From Malacoraja senta (taxonomy: Eukaryota): DNA of 64,000 bases. A model generated the notes under the pieces. That model searched no databases. It was not told where the DNA came from and saw only the letters and a program-made list of their open reading frames with translations. The DNA is taken from assembly GCA_038087875.1 (NCBI GenBank), contig CM075989.1, positions 12,402,001 through 12,466,000 on the forward strand, in the 5' to 3' direction. The position numbers were made by a program, and so were the translations under genes. Positions 1 through 12,065 of the stretch are shown piece by piece; the stretch's first letter is position 1; every line of letters starts with the position of its first letter.

Positions 1-289
1 GTGATCATGGCTGATCATCCCCAATCAGTACCCCATTCCTGCCTTCTCCCCATATCCCCTGACTCCGCTATTTTTTAAGAGCCCTATCTAGCTCTCTCTA
101 GAAAGCATCCAGAGAACCTGCCTCCACCGCCCTCTGAGGCAGAGAATTCCACAGACTCACCACTCTCTGTGAGAAAAAGTGTTTCCTCATCTCCATTCTA
201 AATGGCTTACTCTTTATTCTTAAACTGTGGCCTCTGGTTCTGGACTCCCCCAACATCGGGAACATGTTTCCTGCCTCTAGCGTGTCCAA
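1..289 (-). mobile_element. CR1/HER1-type LINE 3' fragment
   Basis: ORF2 C-terminus (...FFSQRVVSLWNSLPQRAVEA) plus the conserved 3' UTR. Confidence 0.9.
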
Positions 290-1359
290 GCTGTCTGGAT
301 TTTGGCAATGGAGTTGAGGATGCTGTCCAGATGCTGTCTGGATTTTGGCAATGGAGTTGAGGATGCTGAGGGCCAGGAAATTAGGTTTGCTGTATCTGCC
401 TCGAGTAACAATGGCTGTATGTGGATTATTGGCACGTGAGCAGTAGGCCCAATTAGTATGAACTTACCCATGAAATACAACCATTGGTACAGTGCAAGGG
501 ATATCATTGATGCAGAAGAGAACATGTTGCATGGAAAGGGTAAAGAGCTAGAAGTTGTTACAGATTCATTGATATGCAGACAAAAACGGAGGTGCTTCTG
601 TCAGGGATTCTGAAGAAAGTTGAAAAGCAAGTTCCCAAAGTTGGTAAACTCTTGATTGCTCCCAAAGCCTCACTCATGAGAGTAGAATCACATTATGGTA
701 GATTAATGTAAGGCTCTGAAAGAACTGCAGCGGACATGATGGCCTGATGGCCTCTTGAGATGTTGTGATTCTATGATTCTGAGGGCTCTTTACTAAATAT
801 TCTGAACCTTTCAAATGTAACATGGAAAGGTTTTGGTGCCAACATTTTTGGAATACCAATTCAATAGTAATTATTTGTTCTCCGACTTTGCCTATACTTA
901 AATACAGGTTTGCTTATGTTGAAATTTCCCTGATGATAAGATCAGAATGGAAAGTTCACTTTATGATTAATAATGCTGTATCATCCCCCCCCCTACCCCT
1001 GGGAGACTTACCTCCTGGCATTTATACATGTTTTAGTTTAGTTTCTCTCCTTCAAGGCTAGTTCTTCTGTTTGCCTTTATTTGCTTCAGTTTTATTTAGT
1101 ATTATTTATCACGTTGTGGTTGTAGCTTTTGAATGATTTAAACGTATCGGATTTTTAAAATTCATATAAATTCATAGCGTTGCCTGAATCAGCTATACCT
1201 GCAACTAAAGCTAAGGGTGGATTAGTAAACCTTGAAGTGGCATTGTATGCATGTGGCAATTATGGCTCATGGAATTTTCTCCCACACTACTAGTTATATT
1301 CGTAACTACATATTTAAATACATGAAATGTTCGATCTTTCTCAACCCCTTAAAAAATGC

Positions 1360-1550
1360 CTGAAGAAGGGACCCGACCTTAAACATCGCCTAGCCATTCC
1401 TTCCATAGATAGACACAAAATGCTGGAGTAACTCAGCGGGTCAGGCAGCATCTCTGGAGAGAAGGAATAGGTGACGCTTTGGGTCAAGACCGTTCTTCAG
1501 ACCCTCCATAGATCCAGCCTGACCTGCTGAGTTCTCCAGCACTTTATGTT
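1360..1550. mobile_element. Nested Penelope pLTR-derived fragments
   Basis: A plus-strand copy is interrupted by a minus-strand copy (1411-1501) flanked by cc(t/c)tccatagat repeats. Confidence 0.75.
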
Positions 1551-1798
1551 TTGCTCTTAAAATAAATCCATGGTCCGTTGAAGAAACAACACGATAGACC
1601 TCTCTGGAAGTGCAAGTTTTGCTGTACACTTCGCACTGTAGAACACATCATAATACACCCTGAATGATTCAATGGGGTTAGATTATTTTTTTAATCTGTT
1701 GTCTAGAATTAACCGATACCTTATATCAGAATTAAATCGGAATTCCGATTTTTTTTGTTTTCCTCTTTGTTAGTTTTTTGTGCCCGATTATTTGGCGG

Positions 1799-1927
1799 CC
1801 AATCGCTGTCCCTAAGGGGGTTGCGTCCAATCACCGACCAGCTTCCTTTATAATTCCCGTCCAATCAACAAATCGGTCTCCTCCCGTCCAATCAGCCGCT
1901 GTCTCTACGGGCATTGTGTCCAATCAC
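1799..1927 (+). promoter_or_regulatory. Array of five CCAATC boxes at ~30 bp spacing
   Basis: CCAATC at 1799, 1827, 1861, 1888 and 1920 in a CpG-rich patch; function not shown. Confidence 0.4.
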
Positions 1928-2199
1928 ATAATACAGTTTTATGGTAATTAGCACCTATGGTAAAGGTTGGAAGCCAATGGAGGTACTGACCATCAGACGA
2001 GAGCAGGAGAGATTAAGACAGTGTATAATCCATAGCACCTTAGTGTACAATTTCATAATATATACTAAATAACAGGGCAGACAGACCTTGGCTGGGAACC
2101 TGGGGCTCACCAAAATTGTTCCCAATTGGGCCCCGCACCTCTTAAGGCCGGCCCTGTTCAGGGATTAACGATAATGCTATTAACCATTAAGGAAAAACT

Positions 2200-3130
2200 C
2201 TTGTTGAAAATGGTTATTGCCTAGCACTTGTGCTCTGCTATTCTTACTTGCAACTGACACTCCATGCCTGAATGTTGTCTAAGTTTTGCTCCATGCAGGC
2301 AACAACTGCTTTATTGACTCAGCATTTGTGAATTAAACTGACTAAGGAACATCCCTACTTCTGACATTATGGTGGCTGAGATAAAACTGCGAAAGTTCAT
2401 TGGGCTTAGGACACTTGCTGAGGAATTCCTGGATTCCTGATTTCTGTAACTGGGAAGAACAGTCAACAATCATATCCACCTTCTTTTCTGCAAGATAAGA
2501 CTCCAGCCACCATATTGCTTTCTCATTGATGCTAATTGATTTAAATTTTACCAGAGTTTTGTGATGCCATGCTTGTTTAAGGACAGTCACTTTTCATCAT
2601 GCTTGGACCAATACCATAATGATGGATGACTTTAAATGATTCACACAAAGATAAAATGAGCAGCAATGAGAAGACTTGTGGAGCAAGTCTTGAAGGCATT
2701 TTTGATTACACTGATTGAAGGAAACATAATGGGAAGCAATTAGATCGATTAGATTTGTTCTGCTTTATGTGAACAGACGTACCTGGATTAATATCTACAT
2801 TGATGGAAGATACTAGTGTTGCAACTGTACTGCAACAACTTGGCAAGAGATGTGGTTAATTTTGGAGTGTAGGTCTTCAGTGCTACTGTTGGAATGTTGC
2901 CAAGTCCCACAATGTGTGCTATATTCAGTGCCCTTAGCCGTTCATTAGTATCAAGTATAGTGAGTTGAATTGGCTGAAGACTGACTTCTGAGATGATGGA
3001 GACTTGAGGAGGAAGGCAAAATGGGTCATTCATTTGGTATTCTGGTCCCTGATTATGACATCTGCTTCACCTTCGTTTCTGGTATTCACATGTTGGGCCA
3101 CATAATCATTGAGGATTGAAATATTTTTGT
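2200..3130 (-). mobile_element. Old CR1-group LINE RT remnant
   Basis: NIPTVALKTYTPKLTTSLAKLLQYS and WHHKTLVKFKS..WLESYL fragments. Confidence 0.65.
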
Positions 3131-5439
3131 ACATGCCATACAGACCTCCTGTCTGATGTTAAGTTGTCCTCCAGCATGCTGTCATCAGTTGACAGAATAG
3201 CAGATTTGAGCTCCTCAGAGTAACTGCTTTTTGCCTGGGGTGCCTCAGAAATCGTAGTAATAATTTGAAGAACAGTGTGCTGGGTATTGTGGCACCCTAC
3301 AAACATTGCCTCAGTTATATCAACTCTGCTCATGGTTACATTCTTGTGCAGAATGTGGGCATGGAAAGAAAAGCTTCCCCCCCCCCCCCCCCAAACTGAA
3401 TTGTCCTTGAGAAGTGAAAGATCAACTGTGTTCTTGCACTGTTGTCTTCTGTATGCGAAAATACTCTTATTGTTCAATTATAAAGGGTGTTTTAGCATCT
3501 TGATTCAATAATGGAGTATGATGAGTACTGACCAATGGGGACAAATAACAAAACTGTCTGCGATTAGACGCATTTCATTCATGATGAGAGAGCGAATTAT
3601 GTTAGTAAATGTCATGCAGCCTATTTTCTATGTGCTTGTCCTGGTTCAGTCATGTTGTGCAAGTTGTAAGACATTGGTATGAGACTTGAAGCAGTACTAA
3701 TTATGTGAGGATGCCTTAAAACATAATGTTAAGTATGAGTTATGAATATTGAGTGACTGTTGAGTTGTGCTGAATAGTTTCAACGGTCAATGATACACTT
3801 TTTGGGATATTAATCTGAGATGCCATTTAACTATTTATGCAAGGCCATTGATTTATTTTTTATTTTTTAAGTGTTGCATTCAGAACCTGTGCCATTACTC
3901 TTGCCTCTCACCTATAGAGCTGTCTGCACCAAATGCCTTTTCAGTACCTATTTGGGAGATCTTTTTTGTGGATGAAGAACATCAGTCCCACTTGCTTATC
4001 CCTCTCTGAGGTCCCTGCAGCAACATAAGTTGACATGCACAAGTTAATTGTACATGCGATGCTGGCATCCATTTTCGGGAGCATTCTTGTTTGCCATGTC
4101 CCTGAGATAAGAAAGTGGATATGAAGGAGAAACAGAATTAATATTTTAAAGGTTAATAATCATTTATTAGAAATGAAATGTGGGTATCTGCACACTCAAA
4201 TCATTATCATTTGCTGAATGTATTGTTTTGGGAAAGACATTATGTTGTTCATGTCTCTGGGGTTATTGAACATTTCAAATTTAGGTAAATTAGGTTTCCA
4301 GTTTACGGACAAAAATGACTCGTGGATGTCTGTAAAATTGGAGCCCATTTATTACCCAGGAGTGGCCTGTATAAGGTTTCACAACACTGAATAACTGTGT
4401 AATACCTTGGAGGTGCTTTAGTATTTCCTTTAAAGCAAAACAAATTTTGCTTTCTGTGATGGTGAGCCATTAAAAGATGCTTTCTATGAAAAGGAAAAAT
4501 AGCAGGGATAACCCAAGCATCGCCAGAGGCTTTCCTATTCAAATGTGAAAGCCTTGAGTTTTATTTGGAGCTTTGTTCCTCAGCAGTGTTAAATCTGTGT
4601 TTGCTAGCCACAGGCACTCTAGGTTTGTATAGCACAAAAATAGACATAATAAGTTCGATAATCTTAATTGATCTTAATGGAGTTAGGTTCATAAAAGCAC
4701 ATGAAATCAACAGTGGTGCTTTCACTTAGATCTTAAACCCCATTAAAATTGTAAGTTGAATAGGGTTCAAATTGAACCGAAGGAAATGTTTTTTATTTTG
4801 GTAATGAAGTTTCTTTTATGAAGAAGTATATCATGAAAACATCTCAGAATTATGACCCTCAAGGAAATCAAACTAAGACTATTTCGTGCCCTCATAATAT
4901 GTGTGCAGGTGTACACCAGTTAGATTCAATAATCTAAAAGAGGATTAATCTGTCAAACTGTATTAGTGTTAGAGATTGAAAAATCCTGCAGAAAGTAGAA
5001 ACAAGATTTTCTAGATTTTGATTTTAACCTCGCCACATACTAAAAATTGATCCCGAATAAGAAGGCCTCTAGCAAATTTACCAGCTGGAAGAATGTTTTT
5101 AGTGGAAACTCTTTTCAAAATGTTTTTCTCTCTGCAACTGAATGCAAAACTACTCAGCAAATAGCACTTGGAATCTTTCTCTAGGTCAGGCAGCATCAAT
5201 GTAAAGAGAAACTAATGGAAAGAGAATAATAATGGCAAGGCCCTGGGAAACGTGAACCACTTGATATATCCTCGGAGCTACCACATGACAAAGGTAGATG
5301 TCAATAATGAGATTCAGATTGCTCTCAAGGAGCCAAAATGCCCAATGTTGAGGCCCTAATTACATTCAGTCACCTTTGTTGAGTAGTTCATGTTGTTCGC
5401 ATGACCAACAGCAGATTCCTGCATCGGACAGACAATTTC

Positions 5440-6100
5440 CAGACCTGTTATGGAAAGGAAAACACAGCAGTGCCTCCACTGCCTTAGAAAACTCAGGAAA
5501 TTCAGCAGGACCCAAATGAATATTACAAAATTCTATAGATGCACCATAGAAAGATCCTTTTGGGATTATCAGAACTTGGTTTGGCAACTGCTCTTCCCAA
5601 TGCTGCAAGAGATGTGTGGATGGAGCTCAGCACATCATGCCACCCAGCCTTCCCCAACATTTATTCTCTCTGCATTTTATTTTGCCTCTTTATGTGGCCA
5701 ACACAATCAAGGACCACTCACAGCTCAGTCATTCCCTCTTCTCCCCTCTTCCTCAGGCAGAAGAGCATGAATGCTTGAAAGCACGCTCTACCAAATCCAA
5801 GGATTGCTTCTCCCTCGCTGTATCACTCTTGAAAGGATCTCTCACAAGTTAAGGATATATTCCTGAACCCCTCCTTTCCCCCAATTTCTACCTCATTGTG
5901 GCTCTTGCACATTTTTTTAATGTGCATATTCTCTGTAGCTGTAACACGGTATTCTGCACTCTGTTTCCTTTCTCTTCACAGTACCTGTTGTACTGGTGTA
6001 TGATTTTGATTGTAACCATGTATGAATGTTTTCAACTGGGTAGCATGTGAAACAGAATTTCTCATAGTATCTTGGTACACATGACAATAATATACTGATA
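5440..6100 (+). mobile_element. Degenerate Rex1-type LINE 3' end
   Basis: KTQQCLHCLRKLRKF...FYRCTIE; 3' tail tgacaataat. Confidence 0.75.
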
Positions 6101-6715
6101 CCAGGGTACCTGGCAGACTAAAGAGGTTCACTGCCTACATCATCTCTCAAACTAACCACTCTCTTGACATACAACCTCCTGTTCCATGTTTGAGTGTCTG
6201 CAGTTCCCACATTGGCTTTATCAGCTATCTCAGAACCATCAAAACGGGTGGATTTCTTTTCAATCCCAAGAATCTGGGTACGATAAGGAGGAGTTGCTGT
6301 TATAATGTTTTTGTAAATATAATGCTCTTTTCAGTATGTAATTAATATGAAATAATAGATGTCTTTCTCCTGGTGAATTGTTGTAAAATTACACATCAGT
6401 GAACAAAGACAGTTTTAATTAAACTTCATTGGAGCCACAATTGAAACATTTTATTATTGTTTGTCATAGTCATAGAGTGATACAGTGTAGCAACAGGCCC
6501 TTCTGCCCAACTTGCACAAAATTGGCCAGCAATGTCCCTGCTACACTAGTCCCACTTGTCTGCTCTTGGTCCATATCCCTCCAAACGTGTCTTATCCATG
6601 TACTAGTCACAAGCCTCCAGTCCGGGAAGCAACCTTCTACCATCACCCTCTGCTTCCTTCCATGGAGCTAATTTGCTATCCATTCAGCTATCTCTCCTTG
6701 GATCCCATGTGATCT

Positions 6716-7478
6716 TGTAAATAGCTCATTCTAAGCTTCCCCCCAGTCTAGTTTCAGTCAAAAATCACTGAATCAAGCACTTGCGCATCTAAACTTAATT
6801 TTGACAAAACACAATTACAGTTCCAACTACTGTACCTAACCACCGCGGGTTCGATCCCCGTATCTGCCTGATCAAGCCCTCTTGGCCTCGCTCAAACAGA
6901 GGCACTCCAGAAGGTCACGCAGTCCGAAGCGCTCTCCCAGAAGATTGACACAGGACCTCGTGGCAGGGGACTTTTATAGGTCCCCGGACCTCGAGGGACT
7001 GAACCTCATGGGGATGGTCTCTTTACAATCCAATTACAGATATCGATTAACCCCATACATGGCAGACATTTCCCTAACCCAATAATACAGTGGCTAATAC
7101 ATTGTATTCAAACAGTGTTTCTCAGAGGAAACGAACGTCGCAACATGTCCCCTGATATGCAAGAAAACCAGACAAGGCTCAATTCTTAATCCAATCAACA
7201 TCCAGCAAAGTAAAGCTTTGCAACATTATTTACAATGTGTATGTCTGGTTTGCATTCATCCAATCCATTCTATGCATTTTGCACCTAATTGTCAGGGTCT
7301 GCAGATGATCCCATTCTCTTCCTGCAGCCCTGATCTAGGCTCTAGACAAACTGGCACCATTCTGCAGCTTGTCCCATTTCTACAGAAAGCACTTTTAAAT
7401 TGACCAAATGGCCTAGCAGCCCCGAAGCCTTTACTCAATTTTAGGGTCCTAGCCTCTCCAATTTAGCCAGGATTAATA
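6716..7478 (-). mobile_element. Solo LTR (ERV1- or Gypsy-type) inserted in a CR1/HER1 fragment
   Basis: Interrupts LINE sequence gatcccatgtgatct|aacc..ccagagcagcctacc. 4-bp TSD ATCT at 6712-6715 and 7479-7482. Termini TGTAAAT...ATTAATA (CA to TA). TATAAAA on the minus strand at 6978-6972, with several CCAAT words on the U3 side. Confidence 0.72.
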
Positions 7479-8167
7479 ATCTAACCATCCAGAGCAGCCT
7501 ACCATGCGGAACCTTGTTAAATGCCTTACTGAAATCCATGTACACAACGTCTACAGCTCTGCCCTCTGTCCATGAGTGAAATAGGTTGCAGAATAATTTA
7601 ATGTGCCCTCTAACATTAACAATAGGACCATTTCATATATTTTCTGAAAATTATTTAAAATTAGAATATGTCCATACATTTTTAACATTGAATTTTTGAT
7701 ATGCTTTTGGTACATAGAATGAATGCTAGAGAAATATTTGTATTAGATTAGCACAGAAAAAAAATCAGTAAATAGGATTACATACTTACTTGGTTAGAAA
7801 TAAATTCCAGTGCATCCTAAAGATGTTGATGTGATGAAACTGTATTGGCATTGTCCCACCATTTCTCTCCTCACCTCCCCCGCTCAACACTGAAAATATA
7901 TTTGTCTTCTCACTCTTCCAGTACCCGTGAAGCATTATGTTTCTCTCCAATAATGCTGTCTGATGCGCTGAGTGCTCTAACATTTTCTGTTTCTAAAAAC
8001 AAACAAAAATACATGCTAGTAGTCTGAAATTAAAACTGGAAACTCAGTAGGGTCAGACAACATATTTGGAAAGAGAAACTGAGTTATTGTTTGCATTTCA
8101 AGATTTGTGTCAGAATTGTTTCTATTTCTATTTTGCTCTCATGTTGGAAGAACTTGAAACGTTTCTT

Positions 8168-8336
8168 GTGTAGGAAAGAACTGCAGATGCTGGTTGAAAT
8201 CAAAGGTAGACACAAAATGCTGGAGTAACTCAGCGGGTCAGTCTGAAGAAGGGTCTCAACCCGAAACGTCACTCATGTCTTCTCTCCAGAGATGCTGCCT
8301 GACCTGCTGAGTTACTCCAGCATTTTGTGTCTACCT
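8168..8336. mobile_element. Short Penelope-derived inverted element with hammerhead-like core at 8243-8270
   Basis: Inverted arms gtagacacaaaatgctggagtaactcagc / gctgagttactccagcattttgtgtctac; 14-bp TSD TTGAAACGTTTCTT at 8154-8167 and 8337-8350. Confidence 0.85.
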
Positions 8337-8770
8337 TTGAAACGTTTCTTTCTCTATTGAAGTTGTATTCTAAAATATTTGTATTGAGGTACATATGAGG
8401 GGCTTACTGCTTTGGAATTCACAAGTGCAAACTAAACTCCCATGTAGGTGACCACCGTGTTACACGAGCTGCGTTCCTTGAAAACTGTCCGATTTTTCCA
8501 TAATTAAATGCAAAACCCTATTTTCTATTGCGCCCATTTGTAAGTGGAAGTCTGAAAGGTGATGGTGATAGATATATCAAATATAGGCAAGATGGTTTAA
8601 TGATATAACGCAGCAAATTACTTGTCATATCAAATATAGATAGTTTAATGTTATAACTCAACAAAATTAACCTGCAGCTCTCAAAAACACATCTGCACAT
8701 GTCAAGAAATGTGAGTTGAAAAATTGTATTTGTTTTACATCTTGTGTTTGTTTATTTAATCTCTCCTCCC

Positions 8771-8813
8771 AACACACACGCACGCACGCACGCACACACA
8801 CACACACACACAC
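8771..8813. repeat. (CA)n/(CACG)n microsatellite
   Basis: Seen directly. Confidence 0.9.
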
Positions 8814-9071
8814 GTAGTGATTTGCAAATTGTGTACGTGAATTTCCATGATCTGAAAGGCTGTAATGTGGCTCTTGTCTGTATTATGACACAGCATGTTG
8901 TTACTTCAATGCACTATTCTACTGTACCTCTCCAGAACATCTGCTATATATATATTCACTCAAAGTGCTATCTTGAAGTAAATATTAACCAGTTTTATTG
9001 TAAGATTGGAAATATGTGATGGTATGGGTGCTTTGGTAGTGCAAATTGCAGTTTGCTACAAAGCAGCTTTA

Positions 9072-9401
9072 AGGCCCTGTCCCACTTTCCCGAGTTACTC
9101 ATGAGCTCTCCCGAGTTTTCCCCTTGATTCGAACTCGGGGAATTACAGTAATAGCCATTCGTAGGTACTCGGGGCTATTTTTTAAAAGTCGTGGATATTT
9201 TTCAACATGTTGTCAAAACGTCCCGACTTACCTGATGCCCCGAGTTCCTATGGCTGGCATTACGAGCCGCTACGAAACATCTACGGACTCCTACGGCCTC
9301 CTATGAGCTCGCTACCGACATTCCCCGACATTCCCTGAGTTCGCATCGAGGGGAAAACTCGGGAGAGTTCATGAGTAACTTGGGAAAGTGGGACAGGGCC
9401 T
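9072..9401. mobile_element. PIF/Harbinger-type MITE
   Basis: ~70 bp imperfect TIRs starting AGGCCCTGTCCCACTTT; TTA TSD at 9069-9071 and 9402-9404. Confidence 0.85.
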
Positions 9402-9873
9402 TTAGAGTATTTAGATGTATTCTACAGCTTTGAATAAATCCAAGATGTACCTCAAAAACACCTATTATCAGGAACCATTGGCTGGATTTTTGGAATAATG
9501 CAGGGTGATCCAAACAATTGATATCTGCAGCCACTTACTTGGACATTTTACCTGGGGAGGGGGGGGAGATTAAAATTAAGATCTTTACAGTGAAAATAAA
9601 ATCTGAAATTTTGCTTCTTTTATGGAACTAGATCTTTAAGTTCATCTGATGATACTACTGTTGTTGGTTGTATCTACAACAATGAAATAGAGTACAGGCA
9701 CTCCCTGACTTACGTAATAGGAGACTTGCGAAAACCCGCACTCACCAAAGTAATTCTTTATTTCCTTTTTTACCATTGCTTTATTTCCGTAATGCGCTCC
9801 TAACATTATTTGCGGCTGTTTCTGCAAGCCAGTCAGCTGTTCTCGTGCTGTTCTCATCCACTGCACAAAAAAA

Positions 9874-10354
9874 CCAGACTGATTCCTGGGATGTCAGGAC
9901 TTTCATATGAAGAAAGACTGGATAGACTTGGCTTATACTCGCTAGAATTTAGGAGATTGAGAGGGGATCTTATAGAAACGTACAACATTCTTATGGGGTT
10001 GGACAGGCTAGATGCAGGAAGATTGTTCCCGATGTTGGGGAAGTCCAGGACAGGGGGTCACAGCTTAAGGATAAGGGGGAAATCCTTTAAGACCGAGATG
10101 AGGAAAAACTTTTTCACACAGAGAGTGGTGAATCTCTGGAACTCTCTGCCACAGAGGGTAGTTGAGGCCAGTTCATTGGCTATATTTAAGAGGGAGTTAG
10201 ATGTGGCCCTTGTGGCTAAAGGGATCAGGGGGTATGGAGAGAAGGCAGGTACGGGATACTGAGTTGGATGATCAGCCATGATCATATTGAATGGCGGTGC
10301 AGGCTCGAAGGGCCGAATGGCCTACTCCTGCACCTATTTTCTATGTATCTATGT
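9874..10354 (+). mobile_element. CR1/HER1-type LINE 3' fragment
   Basis: LSYEERLDRLGLYSLEFRRLRGDLIETY...RVVNLWNSLP; 3' UTR ggccgaatggcctactcctg and a short tandem tail. Confidence 0.93.
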
Positions 10355-10843
10355 AAAGAGTAAATTCAGGCGTGTGTGGTAGCACTTTTTACAACTTATG
10401 TAACATTTGACTTGCACAAGAGATTTTGAATCTTGTGCCATGGTGCCACAGCGACAATCTAGCCCTTAACATAATGGAGACAAAATAGTTGGTTGTCGAA
10501 CAAAGGAAGTGGGGTGGGTGGGGGGAGGGGGGGTAATGGGAGGGAGTTGGTGGCGTGAACACAATCTATCCTTATCAGTGGAGTTGCTGTTGAGATCGTT
10601 GACAGCTTTGAGTTCTGGAATTATTTTGGTCCATTCGTATTGATGTGGTGATCAAGTAATTCTACTTTTTGAGGACCATGCATGTCCATGGGGATTCTCT
10701 CAAACCTCGACAAATATGTTTATAGAAGGTATTCTGACGGGAAGCATCTCAGCCAGTTATGGCATTTGCTCTGCTCTTGACCTCCTCAACCTATAGCCCA
10801 GTCCATCATAGGCTCATCACATTCTTCTATCCAGTCCATCTTT

Positions 10844-11447
10844 AGTCGGTGTTCGTCACGGTGGACACTGGGAGTTCGATGAGCTGGTGGAGAAGATCTC
10901 CTCCGAGAAGGCCGTGAGCGTGAGTTACTGCAACGGTGGTGGTGGAGGGGATGGACCCAGGGGGACGGGTAGACGGGTCCGCCATTGCCGCTGCGGGCGG
11001 GGGAGAGGGGTGAGTGATGAGGGAGAGAGAGACGGGACCTGGGCCTCCACTGAACCCCCACCACGGCCGCTGCCAGTGGTGGGGGAGATGATATACAAGT
11101 TACTGTGAGAAGGGGAGAGAGGAGTTTGCGAGTGAGGTGGGACAGGCAGCCGCTGGAGGGGCAGGAGGTGGCATTGCCATCCCGGCCATGGCATTGGGAG
11201 AAGAGACCAATCTGCGTGGTGCTGACTGAAGGAATCTGCGCACGTGCGGTTTTTAAGACTTTTTAAATCTCGATACCTTTTACAATATACCACTGATCTG
11301 AACGAAACTTGTTGCACTCGCAGCACAAGAGAATGGTGAGTAACCTGACAGAAAAGTGTGGCGCTAAGGCGTACCGTTTTTGCGCAAATAGAAAAAACCC
11401 GCAAACCGGAAGAACACAAGATTAGACTTTTAGTTATGTATAAAAGA
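10844..11447 (-). mobile_element. Non-autonomous Helitron-like element, 3'-truncated, with ALG13-like cargo
   Basis: 11250-11447 is homologous to 43657-43854 (shared aatatacc, aatggtgagtaa, gtaccgtttttgcgcaa, caagat..ttttagt). Ends in GA|T followed by (AGAT)n, i.e. 5'-TC on the minus strand. No CTAG end was seen. Confidence 0.65.
10846..10919 (+). pseudogene. ALG13-like exon-1 fragment carried in a Helitron-like element
   Basis: Reads SVFVTVDTG(S)-[1-nt deletion]-FDELVEKISSEKAVS, then GTGAGT at 10920. Colinear with the ALG13 N-terminus (VFVTVGTTSFDDL...), with the donor after codon-equivalent 27. No ATG is present. Confidence 0.78.
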
Positions 11448-11571
11448 TAGATAGATAGATGTATTGATGTATAGACTAAAAAACAACAAAGAAGGAAGGG
11501 ACGAGACAGACTGTTGGTGAGGCGGCGATTGCGGGCGCCACCCGGTGGTCTGAGCAACATAACTGGGCATC

Positions 11572-12065
11572 ATATTTTGGGTACCATGTCTGAGGAAGGA
11601 TATGCAAGCCCTAGAGAGGAGGTTTACAAGAATGATCACAGGACTGAGTGGGTTAACATATGATGAGCTTTTGACAGCACTGGGCGTGTACTCACTGGAG
11701 CTTAGAAGAATGAGCGGGGACCTAATTGAAACGTACCGAATAGTGAAAGGCTTGGATAGAGTGGATGTGGAGAGGATGTTTCCACTAGTGGGAGAGTGTA
11801 GGACTAGAGGTCATAACCTCAGAATTAAAGGACGTTCCTTTAGGAAGGAGATGAGGAATCTGTGGAATTCTTTGCCACAGAAGGCTTTGGAGGCCAGGTC
11901 AATGGATATTTTTAAGGCATAGATTGATAGATTCTTGATTAGTATGGGTGTCGGGGGTTATGGGGAGAAGGCAGGTGAATGGGGTTAGGAGGGTGAGATG
12001 GATCAGCCATGATTGATGGAGTAGATCTGATGGGCCAAATGGTGTAATTTTTGCTCCTATCATAT
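11572..12065 (+). mobile_element. CR1/HER1-type LINE 3' fragment
   Basis: ALERRFTRMITG...GDLIETYRIVKGLDRVD. Confidence 0.9.

Noticed and set aside
290..368. 36-bp direct duplication at a LINE junction
   Set aside because: Two copies only; likely an insertion or repair by-product, not an array.
6845..6860. GGTTCGATCCCC tRNA B-box-like word
   Set aside because: No A box or cloverleaf; it lies inside the putative LTR.
10849..10890. VTVDTGSSMSW resembling an aspartic-protease DTGSS motif
   Set aside because: The frame stops soon after. The ALG13 reading explains both frames and the donor position better.
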